From an uncultured haloarchaeon (GTDB lineage: Archaea > Halobacteriota > Halobacteria > Halobacteriales > Haladaptataceae), in contig CAWEQN010000006.1 of the NCBI GenBank assembly GCA_963811185.1, positions 136,026-200,025 of the forward strand: DNA of 64,000 bases. The letters run 5' to 3'. How positions within the stretch are numbered: position 1 is the stretch's first letter; each line of letters opens with the position of its first letter. The notes beneath the pieces were generated by a model. That model saw nothing but the letters and a program-made list of their open reading frames with translations, did no database searches and had not been told where the DNA came from. The position numbers were made by a program, and so were the translations under genes. This document shows, piece by piece, positions 1-12,761 of this stretch.

Positions 1-539
1 TGGTCGAACTCGCGCCGCGCAGCGTTCACGTGGCTGTCTTCGAGCGCCCGAGCGGTCGTGATACCGTCGACCGGTTCTATCCGTGGGAAGACGAGAATCG
101 ATTTCCGCACCTGATGGGTGAACGTTCGCTCGAACAGGCCGAACACGTCCTCGGCGACGACTCGCACCGGTCCGATAGCTCGCTCGCCACGCTTCGTGAG
201 TCGAACGTCGAACTCGACGGCCGTCTCGCCGATGCTGGTCTCGATGGGGTCGCCATCGTACTCCAGTCCGTCGGCGAGTTCCAGGTCGACGGTTCCCGCG
301 AACGGGTCCGGCGCGGCAAAATCGAGCGTTATCGTCACCTGTTCCTCGCGGGAACCGACGTTCGGAGCGGACACGTCGAGCTGTGGGTGGTTCGTCCGTT
401 TCAGCTGGATGTAGCCGACGAGCATCGCCACGAGAAGTGGGGCGACGACGGCGTTCAGGGACCGCGCGCCGAACGACGCCGCCAACGCGAACCCGGCGAC
501 ACCGACGGCGATGAATACCCAGCCACGTCGCGTCAGCAT
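1..539 (-). CDS. DUF58-family protein (MoxR-associated), runs off left edge
   Basis: Manual translation from ATG 539: MLTRRGWVFIAVG... two hydrophobic segments, then RG...GPVRVVAEDVFGLF...LVFPR, typical of DUF58; directly downstream of MoxR. Confidence 0.75.
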   Translation of the reverse strand, partial: MLTRRGWVFIAVGVAGFALAASFGARSLNAVVAPLLVAMLVGYIQLKRTNHPQLDVSAPNVGSREEQVTITLDFAAPDPFAGTVDLELADGLEYDGDPIETSIGETAVEFDVRLTKRGERAIGPVRVVAEDVFGLFERTFTHQVRKSILVFPRIEPVDGITTARALEDSHVNAARREFD

Positions 540-540
540 C

Positions 541-1539
<999 letters not shown>

Positions 1540-1868
1540 GCTATGAATGCGCGATTGGTCGAAACGGGTCCTTGTGGGCATCGGAAACGCTGTGGAGGCG
1601 TTTCTCTCGTTACACGTACTATCGAAGCGTACCTTTGTAACTTTTGTCGCTACTCCAAGAGGTGTCCCGGTTATCCTTGAATACTTTGTGCATTGGTGTT
1701 TTGAGAAAATAGACAGAACGAATCAAGTTGTTCCAAGCAGTCATGTTTGCAGAATAATCGTGTACGGATAAAATAGGAATGAGTTACCCTACCAAACAGT
1801 GACCGGCGAGTTCCGTCCCACACTCGCCGGCGGCGAACAGCCGACCGCGATTCGTGTTTTCGGCTGAG

Positions 1869-2150
1869 TTACCACTCCTTACAGTCGGCACACACCATCC
1901 AATCGTCGGCCCGCCAGCGTTTCTCGACGCTGGCACCACAGCACGCACAGTCCGCACCGTCGGGCGTCCAATCGTACGTCGCCCTGGCGGGTTCGATTTC
2001 GTCAAGATTCGGTTCGGACGCGTCCTCGTCGGTTCCGTTCGATTCGTCCGCTACTCGTTCCTCCTCGACCGGTTCGACTTCCGTCCGCTCGTCCGCCGAT
2101 TCGTCTTCCGCTGTCCCCGCGAACTCCGAGAGCGACGTATCCTTCGACAC
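1869..2150 (-). CDS. Small acidic zinc-ribbon protein
   Basis: GTG start (VSKDTSLSEF), acidic linker, C-terminal CACC...CADCKEW. Confidence 0.7.
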   Translation of the reverse strand: MSKDTSLSEFAGTAEDESADERTEVEPVEEERVADESNGTDEDASEPNLDEIEPARATYDWTPDGADCACCGASVEKRWRADDWMVCADCKEW

Positions 2151-2222
2151 GTCCCTGCCTACGAAGCCCCAAGCCGTAAGCGTGACGGAGCAACCAAGTA
2201 CCCCCAGTACGCAGTGTGGCGT

Positions 2223-2429
2223 ATGGCAGGACTCATCTCGGAAATCAGTCATCTGATAAATCTGTTCATCAACGTCGCAACCGCATCGGCCAACCCCATC
2301 CCTGCAATCCTCCTCCTGTTCGGAGCGATTTTCGTCGGTTTCTCGGTTCTGTTCGGCATCTACCTCGTCATCGGTGCAATCGGCGGCGTCATCACCGCCG
2401 ATTCGCCCGGTCAAGCGCCGCCGCAGTGA
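2223..2429 (+). CDS. Small membrane protein
   Basis: MAGLISEISHL... with long hydrophobic stretch, 68 aa. Confidence 0.6.
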   Translation: MAGLISEISHLINLFINVATASANPIPAILLLFGAIFVGFSVLFGIYLVIGAIGGVITADSPGQAPPQ

Positions 2430-3374
2430 GGGAAATCGCTTCCTTTCGGTCCGGACCGAGCGGCGACCCGGCGACGAAACTGTCGGCATAATCGAGCACG
2501 GCCCCAATCCTGTCGGCAACCGTCTCGGGTTCGCCGGCGATGCAGAAGGCGTCTATCATCGCGGGCGTCACGGCGTCGAACGCCTCGGAGAACTCGCCCG
2601 CACCGATTTTCTCGCCGATTTCCGACGCCAATCCGGCGTCGATTCCGTGTCTGTCGAGTACCGGCCCCGCCGCGCCGCCCGCGATGAACGCCACCGGCGG
2701 ACGGGCGGCCTCGCGGGCCGTTTCGCCGTCTTCGGCGATACTCACGCAGGCGTAGGCCGCGAAATCGAATTCGCCTCGCTCCTTCGGTCGCTCTTCCAAC
2801 CCTTCCCCGATGCGCTCGCTCGCCCACTCGAAATCACGCGGATGTGAGGCGTTGACCAACGCACCGTCGGCGTGTTTCGCGCTCATCCGGAGCATGTGCG
2901 GACCCTGTGCGCCGACGTACACCGGAATCGCCGTCCACCTCGTAGTTCAGTCCGGCGTCGCGTGCGGTGAACGTTCCCTCATGAGTGACGCGCTCTCCTG
3001 CCCAGAGTTGCTTGTGAGACTTTCATCGTCTCCAGCACGCGACGGAGCGGTCTGTCGCGGTCGATGCCGAGGTTTTGGAGCGTCGAGCGGTCGCCCGCTC
3101 CGACACCGAACACGGCCCGGCCGTCGCTCGCCTCGTCCAGGGTCGCGACCCGCGAGGCGAGCGTGACGGGATGGCTTTCGTAGGGATTGACGACGCCCGG
3201 CCCGAGGCGGATTTCCTCCGTCGCATCGGCGACGCGCGAGAGGACGGTGAAGGGGTCGCGATTGTTGTAGTGACTGCTGGCGAACAGCGTGTCGAACCCC
3301 TCGTCTTCGGCCGTCTCGCCGAGTTCGACCAGTTCGGGAAGCGGGTCCTCGGGCGTGAGTTCAATCCCCCGCAA
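2392..3374 (-). CDS. mer: F420-dependent methylenetetrahydromethanopterin reductase-like LLM oxidoreductase (frameshifted ~2940-3020)
   Basis: GIELTPE...SHYNNRDPF...LGPGVVNPY and YVGAQGPHML...ADGALVN in two frames; TTG start overlaps cofE stop. Confidence 0.85.
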
Positions 3375-4122
3375 ACTCCCACCTCCGGAGCGCCTGCCGG
3401 ACGAAATCGCCCTCCACCGCGCGGAACAGTTTGTCGCTCCCGCCGTGGTCGCCGAACTCCCAATCGCGGACGACGACGACCGGCAGGCCGTCGTCGCCCT
3501 CGCCGCCCACGAGGTTGGCCGTCGAAGCCAGTTCGTCCACGACGGATTCGACCGTCACTTCGAGTTCGTGGCCGTCCCTATCGTGTTCCCCCCGCCAGTC
3601 GCGACTCGCGGAGATGCCGTCCCACCCGAGTGCGACGCCGCGCTGGCCGTGGCGGAACGGCCGCCCGCAGGTGTCGGTAACGACGACGGGAACGTCGATG
3701 GGAAGCCCGGACCGAATCCGGACGGCGCTCTCGGTCGGTCGCTTCGGGAGCAAGAGCAGGTCGGCGTCGCCGGTGTTCGAGCGGTCGATACCCGCGTTGA
3801 CGCCGATGTGGCCGAACCGCGTCGAAGTGAGCAGGAACGGCGCTTCCATGATGAGTTCGGTGCTCTCCTCGATGACGGCTTGTGCGAACCGCGGGTCCTT
3901 CTCCTCGCCCGAGATTTCGGACAGGCGACCCGCGATTTCCTCCGCCCGTGGGCTCGCCGGAAAGTCGTCGAGGGTCACCATCCGTCCCTCGGCTTTCGAG
4001 ACGATGGTGCTCGCAACCAACAGCACGTCGCCGGGTTCGAGGTCGACTCGTTCCGCCACGAGCGCGGCGATATCGTCGCCAGGTTCGACCTCGGGAATCC
4101 CCGGAACCGCGAAAACGTTCAT
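3361..4122 (-). CDS. cofE: Coenzyme F420-0:L-glutamate ligase
   Basis: PEVEPGDD, STIVSKAEGR, NAGIDRSN, DTCGRPFRHG, DELA motifs. Confidence 0.93.
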   Translation of the reverse strand: MNVFAVPGIPEVEPGDDIAALVAERVDLEPGDVLLVASTIVSKAEGRMVTLDDFPASPRAEEIAGRLSEISGEEKDPRFAQAVIEESTELIMEAPFLLTSTRFGHIGVNAGIDRSNTGDADLLLLPKRPTESAVRIRSGLPIDVPVVVTDTCGRPFRHGQRGVALGWDGISASRDWRGEHDRDGHELEVTVESVVDELASTANLVGGEGDDGLPVVVVRDWEFGDHGGSDKLFRAVEGDFVRQALRRWEFAGD

Positions 4123-4175
4123 GTCCGGTCGTTGGTGCGCCCCGATAAAAACCCGCCCGGAAGGCGCAAAACGGG

Positions 4176-4697
4176 TCAGCTTTCGTGTCTCTGTACCGAT
4201 ATCTCGCCGTCGTCGACCGTCGCAACGAACATCGTGGCCGTTTTCGCCGGGGCCGCACCCGTCGCACTTCCCGGGTTTAACAGACGAATTCCATCGACCA
4301 CCTCGTCCATCAGTCGGTGGGTGTGCCCGGCGACACCGACGACGGACGAATCGGCGGTAACGCCGTCCGCTTCCGCAACCGTCTCGCGGACGATTCGTGC
4401 GACCCGTTCTTCGTAGCCGCGTTTCGGTCCCGTTCCGTGCGTGACGACGAACGTGACGCCGCCGACGTCGAGGGTCGCCACCTCCGGCAGACGGAGCGAG
4501 TCCGGGTCGGTGTTACCGCCCACGGCGGTGTAGTTCCCGTCAGTTAGTTCGTGTACCGACGCCAGCGCGTCCGCCGAATCGAAATCCCCCGCGTGAATCG
4601 TGTGGTCGGCCCGAAGGATTCGGGTTCGTACCCAATCGGGGATTCGATTCGCGCGCGACGGGATGTGTGTGTCGCTGATGACGGCGACCCTGAGCAT
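4176..4697 (-). CDS. YfcE/MJ0936-family metallophosphoesterase
   Basis: ISDTH, HAGD, GNTD, GHTH, NPGS motifs. Confidence 0.9.
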   Translation of the reverse strand: MLRVAVISDTHIPSRANRIPDWVRTRILRADHTIHAGDFDSADALASVHELTDGNYTAVGGNTDPDSLRLPEVATLDVGGVTFVVTHGTGPKRGYEERVARIVRETVAEADGVTADSSVVGVAGHTHRLMDEVVDGIRLLNPGSATGAAPAKTATMFVATVDDGEISVQRHES

Positions 4698-4778
4698 ATT
4701 CCTCGTTTCGCGGTGCTGGTAGAAAAACGTTAGAGGGGCGTCGGAACGTTTTAGTTCTCGCTTTCGAAGTAGTTAGCT

Positions 4779-5907
4779 ATGGGCGGCCGTTCGTCCCGGC
4801 GAAAATTTCTCCGTACCGTCGGTCTCGGCCTGTCGCTGATGAGCGGCGGTTGTAGTTCGCTCGAAGCGCAGTCGGACCGACAACAGCCCCGCTGGTCGGT
4901 CGAACTCGACGGAGTTCCGGCGCGCGCCGTAACCACTTCCGACCATGGCCTCGTCCTGGCGACGACGCTCACCCCGGATGGCGAACTCGGCCACCTCCGG
5001 TTTTCGGGCGACTACGAACGACTCGCCGACCTGCCGAGAATCACGACGCCCCCCGTCGTCTACGGGGAGCGGGCACTCGTCGAATCCGATGGGACCATCC
5101 ACTCCGTCCCGCTCGACGGCGGCAGTTCGACGCGCATCAACACCGGCTATTTGGCGCTGGGACGCTACGAACCGGTCGTTTCGGGGTCGCAGTTGTTCGG
5201 CGTCGGCTACAGCGAGGAGTTCGGAAAGTACACGGTCTTCGCCCTCGATTTGAATGCCGAACGAATCCAGTGGGTTCGTCCGTTCGGGACCGTTCGCGCG
5301 TCGGTCGCGACCGACGGCGAACGCGTTTTCGCGGCATCCCCCTCGGGCGTCGTCAGAAGCCTACTCGACGGACGACGGTGCGACCCTCTGGAAAACCCAC
5401 GTCGGCGACGATGCCCGCCTGACGTACCACGACGGGAGGATTTTCGTCGCCACCGACAGGGGGATGGCCGCACTCGATTCGACGGATGGAACACATCTGT
5501 GGGTGGCCGAGAGCCACTGGATAGCTTCCGTGAACACCGTCCCGGCAGTCGCCGACTCGACGGTCTACTCCCTCCTCTCGCTCTACTCCACCCACCATCG
5601 GACCATGCTCGCGACGGAGACGTATCTCGTCGCCTTCCACACGAACGGAGTAGAACGCTGGCGTACCCGCGTCAACTACGGAACGCCGCTCACGGTGACC
5701 GAGGACGGCATCGCCGTCGAAACCATGGAGGAAGTCGAAACCGACCGAGGGAAGCGGGAGCTTCGAAGATACCTCTCCGTCTTCACCACCGACGGCCGAC
5801 GACTCGTCAAATACGACCTTCCCGACCGAGCCACCATGCGCCCCCTCCTCCGCAAGGATTCGGTCATCGTGGGTTACGGCAACACCGTTGCATCCTACGA
5901 CCGCTAA
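4779..5907 (+). CDS. Tat lipoprotein with PQQ-like beta-propeller repeats (frameshift ~5365)
   Basis: SRRKFL...SGGC signal; repeated ALD...W propeller motifs across ORFs 4779 and 5254. Confidence 0.7.
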
Positions 5908-5949
5908 TGAAGACGGGTCGCTGGGGACGTCGAGACGGCGTCAGCGGCC

Positions 5950-7095
5950 TCAGAACAGGTCGCCGGAGATGATGTTCTTCTGGATTTCGCTGGTTCCCTC
6001 GTAGATTTTCGTGATGCGGGCGTCCCGGTAGTAGCGCTCCACCGGGTGGTCGGTGACGTACCCTGCCCCGCCGTGGACCTGGATGGCGTCGTCGGCGACA
6101 TCGACGGCGTGCTCGCTGGCGAACAACTTTGCCATGCTGGCGAAGCGAGTGGCGAGTTGGTCGTCGCCCTCCTCGACGTGGGACGCCGCGCGGTAGGTGA
6201 GCGACCGAGCGGCCTCCACGTCCGTCGCCATGTCCGCGACTTTGTGCCCGATGGCTTGGTAGTCCTTGATAAGCTGGCCGCCCTGCTCGCGCTCCCCGGC
6301 GTAGTCGATGGACTGGTCCACGGCGGCCTGCGCGACGCCGACGGCCTGCGAGGCGACGCTCACGCGACCGGACGCGAAGAAGTTCATCAACTGGTAGAAC
6401 CCCTTGTTTTCCTCGCCGATGACGTTCTCCGTGGGAACGCGCACGTCGTCGAGGACGATTTCCGCGAGGTCCGAAGCCCGAATGCCGAGCTTGTTGTCGA
6501 TTTTCGTGGGTTTGAAGCCCTCGGTGTCGGTGGGGACGAGGATGGCGCTGATACCGCGATGTGGCGGTTCGGCATCGGGGTCCGTCTTCGCCATGACGAC
6601 GGCGATATCCGCGACGGTCCCGTTCGTAATCCACATCTTGTTGCCGTTGATGACGTACTCGTCGCCCTCGGTTTTGGCCACCGTCTCGATTCCGGCGACG
6701 TTCGACCCGTGGCCCGGTTCCGAAATACAGCTACAACACGCCGACTGGCCGTTCGCGATTCGGGGGAGCCACTCCTCTTTCATCCACTCGTCGCCGAACT
6801 TCCGAATCATATTCGAGCCGAACCCGCGACTGCCGATGGCGCTTCCAATGCCCGCGTCGGCCCGCCACAGTTCCTCGGTGACGATGATGGACGAGAGGGT
6901 GTCCATCCCCGCGCCGCCGTACTCGACGGGGATGCTCGGAGCGAGCAAATCGAGTTCCGCCGCCTTCTCGATGAGCTCCTCGGGATATTTCTTCTCCTCG
7001 TCGTGTTCCCGCGCGACGGGTGTTATCTCCGCCTCGCCGAACTCCCGCACCGCCTCGCGTATCGCACGCTGTTCGTCTGACAGTCGAAATGCCAT
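5950..7095 (-). CDS. acd: Acyl-CoA dehydrogenase
   Basis: SEPGHGSN, INGNKMWITNG, KLGIRAS, QVHGGAGY, IYEGTSEIQ. Confidence 0.95.
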   Translation of the reverse strand: MAFRLSDEQRAIREAVREFGEAEITPVAREHDEEKKYPEELIEKAAELDLLAPSIPVEYGGAGMDTLSSIIVTEELWRADAGIGSAIGSRGFGSNMIRKFGDEWMKEEWLPRIANGQSACCSCISEPGHGSNVAGIETVAKTEGDEYVINGNKMWITNGTVADIAVVMAKTDPDAEPPHRGISAILVPTDTEGFKPTKIDNKLGIRASDLAEIVLDDVRVPTENVIGEENKGFYQLMNFFASGRVSVASQAVGVAQAAVDQSIDYAGEREQGGQLIKDYQAIGHKVADMATDVEAARSLTYRAASHVEEGDDQLATRFASMAKLFASEHAVDVADDAIQVHGGAGYVTDHPVERYYRDARITKIYEGTSEIQKNIISGDLF

Positions 7096-7219
7096 ACCCG
7101 CTTTTGGAATTCCAATAAAAAGAATCTTCGCTATCTCACCAACTGCTGTTAACCATTATTGCCCAATCATCGTACAGTTGGCTGCACATTTATGTGCGGG
7201 AAGACACGAGGATGGGGAT

Positions 7220-8282
7220 ATGCGAGCCGCAGTGTTGCACGAGTACGGCGAACCCCTCCAAATCGAGGACGTGGAACACCCCGAACCCGACCCGGACGGT
7301 ATCGTAATCGAGACCGAAGCCTGTGGAATCTGCCGAAGCGACTGGCACGCGTGGCAGGGCGATTGGGATTGGATAGGCGCGAAACCGCCGAAAGGCCAGA
7401 TTTTGGGCCACGAACCGGCCGGAACCGTAATCGAGGTGGGCGAGGACGTGACGCGTCTGAGCGAAGGGCGACCGTGTAGCCGTTCCGTTCACCCTCGGCG
7501 ACGGCACCTGCCCTGAATGCCGGAACGGCCACTCGAACGTCTGTGAGAACCTCCTCCCGCTCGGCTTCGCCGAACCCGTTCCCGGCGCGTTCGCCGAGGA
7601 GGTTCACGTCCCCGTCGCCGACCAGAACGCGGTGACGCTTCCCGACGACGTCTCGCCGGTGGCGATGGCCGGACTCGGGTGTCGATTCGTGACGGCGTTC
7701 CACGGACTCGTCCACCGCGCCGACGTGAACGCGGGCGACTGGGTGGCCGTCCACGGTTGTGGAGGCGTAGGACTCTCGGCGGTGCATATCGCCTCGGCTA
7801 TCGGCGCGAACGTCGTCGCCGTCGATTTGGCCGACGAGAAGTTGGAAAAGGCACGGGACCTCGGCGCGACGGAAACCGTCAACGGCGCGGAGACGGGCAA
7901 CGTCCCCGGAGCCATCCGAAGTCTCACCGACGGCGGGGCCGAGGTTTCCGTGGACGCCCTCGGCATCGCCGAAACCTGCCAGAATTCGGTGGGCTGTCTC
8001 CGCCGACGCGGGCAACACGTCCAAATCGGCCTCACGACGAAGGACGAGCACGGAAGCATCGAACTCCCGACGGACGCGATGGTCCTGAAGGAAATCGAGT
8101 TCGTGGGGTCGTACGGCATGCAACCGCCGCGCTACGACGAAATCCTTCGGATGGTCGAAACCGGCCTCCTCGACCCGAGCGCCGTCGTCTCCGAAACCGT
8201 CACGCTGGACGACGTTCCCGACAGTCTCGCGGCGATGAGCGACTACGAAACGATGGGAATTCCCGTCGTGGACAGTTTCTGA
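7220..8282 (+). CDS. adh: Zn-dependent alcohol dehydrogenase (frameshift ~7465)
   Basis: CGICRSDWH, GHE, GCGGVG Rossmann motif; split over two frames. Confidence 0.9.
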
Positions 8283-8341
8283 TTCCGCGGTTTTCCGGAC
8301 TCGACAGTTTGATTCCGTGCGGGACGGTAGTACGGAACAAT

Positions 8342-10664
8342 ATGAGTGAGAATTCCGGAGGAGCCGATGGTCGGACGGGACCTCGAACGGCGGGAGGACC
8401 CGGCGCTCGTGACCGGGCAGGCGACGTACACCGACGACCTGCACGCGCCCGACATGGCGTATCTCGTTTTCGTTCGGAGTCGCTACGGCCACGCGGCCAT
8501 CGGGGACATCGACACGAGCGACGCCGAATCCATTGACGGCGTCCTCGGCGTCTACACGTGGGAGGATATCGAGAACTCCGACACACCGGGCGTCATCCCC
8601 GTCGAGACCGGCTTCCTCGACCACGAGATTCCGAGCCACCCGATACTCGCCCACGACCGGGTGCGATACCACGGCCAGCCGATTGCTGTGGTCGTCGCCG
8701 ACGACCGCTACGTCGCCAAAGACGGCGCGAACGCCGTGAACGTGAACTACGACCGTCTCGACGCGGTGACGGACCCGATAGAAGCCACGGCGGAGGACGC
8801 GCCGACGATTTTCGAGAACGTGCCGAACAACGTCGTGACCGTCACCGACATGGGCGATTCGGACGCGACTTCGGGAGCGTTCGCGGAGGCCGACCACACC
8901 GTCGAAGTGGCGTTGGAGAACAACCGCCTCATCGCCAACGCGATGGAACCGACGGGCGGCGCTCGCGGAGTACGACGACGTGGACGACTCGCTGACCGTG
9001 ACGATGACGAGCCAATCGCCCCACGGCCACCGCGGAAAACTCTCGGACACGCTGGGAATCCCCGAGAAGCGAATCCGCGTCGTCGCGCCGAGCGTCGGCG
9101 GCGGGTTCGGACACAAAGGTCACCACCATCCCGGCGAGGCCGCCGCGGCGTGGTGTGCCCGCGAACTCGGTCGTCCCGTGAAGTGGACCGCCACGCGCTC
9201 GGAGAACTACCTCGCCGGCGCGCACGGACGGGACCACCGAACGACGGCCGAACTGGCCTTCGACGACGACGGCACGATTCGCGGCCTGCGGGCCGAAACC
9301 CACGCCGGACTCGGCGGCTACGGCCTCGGCGTCAGCCCCGCGCTTCCGGGGTGGTACGGCCGACTGCTGGCCAGCCAGTACGACATTCCAGCCATCCACT
9401 GCCGGACCCACAGCGTCCTGACGAACACGGCACCGGTCCACTCCTACCGCGGCGCTGGCCGCCCCGAGGCCGTCTACGTGACCGAACGACTCGTGGACCG
9501 TGCGGCCCGCGAACTCGATATCGACCCCGCCGAGTTCAGACGCCACAACCAGCTTCCGCCCGACGCGTTTCCCCCACGAAACCGCCGTCGGCGCGAACTA
9601 CGACAGCGGCGACTACGAAACCGCACTGGACGAGGCGCTCGACGCCGTGGAGTACGACGAACTCCGAGCACAGCAGGAGGGACGGGAACGAGCGCGACGA
9701 CGGCCGCTATCTCGGCGTCGGCCTCGCCTGCTTCGTCGAATCGACCGGCGGCGGGTTCGAGAGCGGCGTCGTCCGCGTCCATCCCGACGGCGGCGTCACC
9801 GTCTATGCCGGAACGCACTCCCACGGGCAGGGCCACGGCACGACCTACGCCCAAATCGTCGCCGACGAACTCGGCGTCCCCTACGACGACATCGACGTGG
9901 TGGAGGGCGACACGGAGCAAATTCCGACCGGAACCGGAACGTTCGGCAGTCGGAGCACGATTGCCGGCGGGAATGCCGTCGCCGAGAGCGCCGGCGAAGT
10001 GGCCGACAAAGCACAGCGCATCGCCGCCGACCGATTGGAGGCGGCCCCCGAGGACATCGTAAGCGAGGGCGGCGAGTTCCGCGTCGTCGGCGCACCCGAC
10101 CGAGCCATCGCCTTCGAGGAAGTCGCGAGCGCGGCGTACGGCCGACAACTGCCGGACGGTGAATCGGCGGGCTTGGAGTCCACGACGTTCTACGACCAGG
10201 ACGGCACGGCCTACGCCTTCGGCGTTCACGCGGCCGTCGTCGCGGTGGACCCCGAGTCGGGCGAAATCGAGGTCGAACGCTACGTCGCCGTTGACGACTG
10301 CGGCGAGCAAATCAACCCCCGAATCGTGGAGGGACAGGTCCACGGCGGCGTCGCGCAGGGCATCGGGCAGGCGCTTTACGAGCAGGCCGTGTACGACGAC
10401 ACCGGAACCCTCGTCACCGGGTCGATGCAGGACTATGCGATTCCGAAAATCAGCCAAATCCCGACGATGGAGACGCGGAGCACCGTCACGCCGAGTCCGA
10501 CCAACCCCCTCGGCGTGAAGGGAATCGGCGAGGCGGGAACCATGGCGGCACCCCCGGCGCTCGTCAACGCGGTTCTGGATGCACTCTCGCCGTTGGGAGT
10601 GGAGAGCATCGATATGCCGCTCACCGAGGAAACAGTCTGGCGTGCAGTTCGGGAACAAGGGTAG
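8342..10664 (+). CDS. Xanthine dehydrogenase/CoxL-family molybdopterin large subunit, copy 1 (several frameshifts)
   Basis: RREDPALVTG, NAMEP, VGGGFG, SYRGAGRPE, HGQGHGT, GQVHGG, KGIGEAG across three frames. Confidence 0.88.
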
Positions 10665-10731
10665 GCGGATACTGAAAAGAGCGGTTTCGGACTGAATTCT
10701 GCTGAAAGGGAGACTGGTAGTTGGGGTAGCT

Positions 10732-11379
10732 CTAGCAAACGTCCCGCAGGTCACGCCGCGTATCGATGTCCAACAGAACTCCCGAATCACCGGTCTCGAC
10801 GAGTGCGGAGCGCTCGCCGTCGAGCAAAATCTCGCGCCCACCAGTATCCCCCGAAACATCCGAAAGGGCATCGAAGTGGACGGAGTCGAAGAGCACGGGA
10901 TTGCCACGCTGACCACCACACGCGGCGGCGAGGGCGTCCCCCGAGCCAGCGCGGTAGGCGGAAACGAGGCGGTTGATGCTCCGGGATTGGACGTGTGGCA
11001 TATCGCCGAGCGCGAAGACGAGGGCGTCGTACTCCCGCCCCCATTCGATACCCGTCCGGACGGATGTCGCTTGCCCACGTTCGGCGTCGGGGTTTTCGAC
11101 GATGGACACGTCGAATTCGGCGAGCGCGTCTCGGACGCCGTCCGCGTCGGGGCCAACGACGACGGCGACGGCGTCGAGTTCGCTCGCAAAGCGGAGGCTC
11201 CGTGCGGCGTGGCGAACCAGCGAATCCGAATCGATGGGCGCGAGGAGTTTGTTCGAGTCGCCGAACCGGGAACTGCCGCCAGCGGCGAGGAGGACGCCCG
11301 CGACGGACGCGTTCGGACGGCGAGACGTGGGGTCGTTCTGCGACTCGTCGAACGGCGGGCGAATCACGGGAAGCGTCAC
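10732..11379 (-). CDS. mocA: Molybdenum cofactor cytidylyltransferase
   Basis: LAAGGSSRFG..NKLL, LGDMP, GNPVLF, GDTGGR, DIDT. Confidence 0.85.
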   Translation of the reverse strand: MTLPVIRPPFDESQNDPTSRRPNASVAGVLLAAGGSSRFGDSNKLLAPIDSDSLVRHAARSLRFASELDAVAVVVGPDADGVRDALAEFDVSIVENPDAERGQATSVRTGIEWGREYDALVFALGDMPHVQSRSINRLVSAYRAGSGDALAAACGGQRGNPVLFDSVHFDALSDVSGDTGGREILLDGERSALVETGDSGVLLDIDTRRDLRDVC

Positions 11380-12608
11380 GTCACGGCCTCCGTCGGAACG
11401 AACCGAACTGACTCGCCGGCGTCGAGGGAACGTCGCACCCGAAGGTAGCCGTCCATTTCGAGCACGCGAGCACAGTCGGCGAGAACCCGCGGCGAGAATC
11501 GCTCGCCGTAGATGGGAACCGACGAGTCGGTGTGACCGAGCGGAACGAGTTCGTCGTCGTCGCCGTCGCAGTGTTCGACCGGGACGACGAACTCGGTATC
11601 GCGGTTCGGGACCACGAGGTCACAGGCGAGTCGCCCGCCCTCAGTCGGTTCGGCGGTGTCGCCGGAGAGGAGGGCTCGACAGACGGAAGCCGCGCCGAGG
11701 AACGCGGCGACCGGCTTGCCGGGCAGAGCCACCGCGACGGCGTCGTGGTCGGGAAGGGTGGCCACGCGGACGTGGCTTCCGGGACGAACGTCGATGCCAT
11801 CGACCACGATGTCACCGAGGTCGGCGAGGGCACTGCGGACGTGGTCACGTGCGCCGCCACCCGTTCCGCCGCTCGTCAGGAGCACGTCGGCCGCCGTGGC
11901 GTGTTCCGCGATGGCCTCCCGGACTACGTCCGGGTCGTCGGGGACGGGAGCGACGACCTGACTTTCGTGTCCCCACGACCGGGTGAGATTGGCGAGCATC
12001 GGCGAATCGCGGTCGGGCTGTTGGCCCGTCACGAGTTCCGTGCCGGTCCCGAGAATCCGGACGGAGAGCCGTTCGAGGGCAGGGACCTCCGCGACGCCGA
12101 TATCCGCGAGAAGTCCGGCGTCGGGTGCTGTCAGTCGTTCGCCGGCCGAAAAGAGGGTTTCGCCGGCCGTCGCGGTGGTTCCGCGTCGGAAGACGTTCCG
12201 TCCGGATTCGACGGGCGGGCCGGACAGTTCGGACTCCCCTTCCTCGGCCCGTTCGCGTTCCAGAACCGCGTCGGCGCGGGCGGGAAGCGGTGCGCCGGTG
12301 GCGATTCGAACCGCCTCGCCCGTCCGGAGTTCCATCGGGTCGTCCTCCGCGCCGACATCGCCGACGACGCGGAGGGGATAGCCTTCGCCGGAAGCGGTGT
12401 CGTCGATATCAGCGACAGCGAACGCGTAGCCGTCCATCGTCGCCCGGTCGTGCGGGGGACTGTCGGTGACTGCGACGACGGATTCGGCGAGGACGCGTCC
12501 GGCGGTTCGGGAAAGCACGACCCGTTCCGTCGGTCGTCCGTCGAGGAGGGTCGTGCGGGCCGCTATCGTATGGTCGAGTGCTGTTCGTCGTGAAGCCGGG
12601 TTCGTCAC
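11376..12608 (-). CDS. moeA: Molybdopterin molybdotransferase (start uncertain)
   Basis: GRVLAE, PPHDRATMDGYA, IATGAPLP, TGTEL, TSGG, LPGKP. Confidence 0.85.
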   Translation of the reverse strand: MTNPASRRTALDHTIAARTTLLDGRPTERVVLSRTAGRVLAESVVAVTDSPPHDRATMDGYAFAVADIDDTASGEGYPLRVVGDVGAEDDPMELRTGEAVRIATGAPLPARADAVLERERAEEGESELSGPPVESGRNVFRRGTTATAGETLFSAGERLTAPDAGLLADIGVAEVPALERLSVRILGTGTELVTGQQPDRDSPMLANLTRSWGHESQVVAPVPDDPDVVREAIAEHATAADVLLTSGGTGGGARDHVRSALADLGDIVVDGIDVRPGSHVRVATLPDHDAVAVALPGKPVAAFLGAASVCRALLSGDTAEPTEGGRLACDLVVPNRDTEFVVPVEHCDGDDDELVPLGHTDSSVPIYGERFSPRVLADCARVLEMDGYLRVRRSLDAGESVRFVPTEAVT

Positions 12609-12761
12609 GGGTTGGTGTACGGACGGGGGAAGGAAAGCCATTCCCCATGCGTGACCAGGATTGGTTTCGAAATTTGGGAAAAGCCTTATTGCGCAATCCA
12701 TAATGATTACGTGTGATAGATGATGCCAACAATCACGACGGCGAGAGGATGGTGAGTTCGC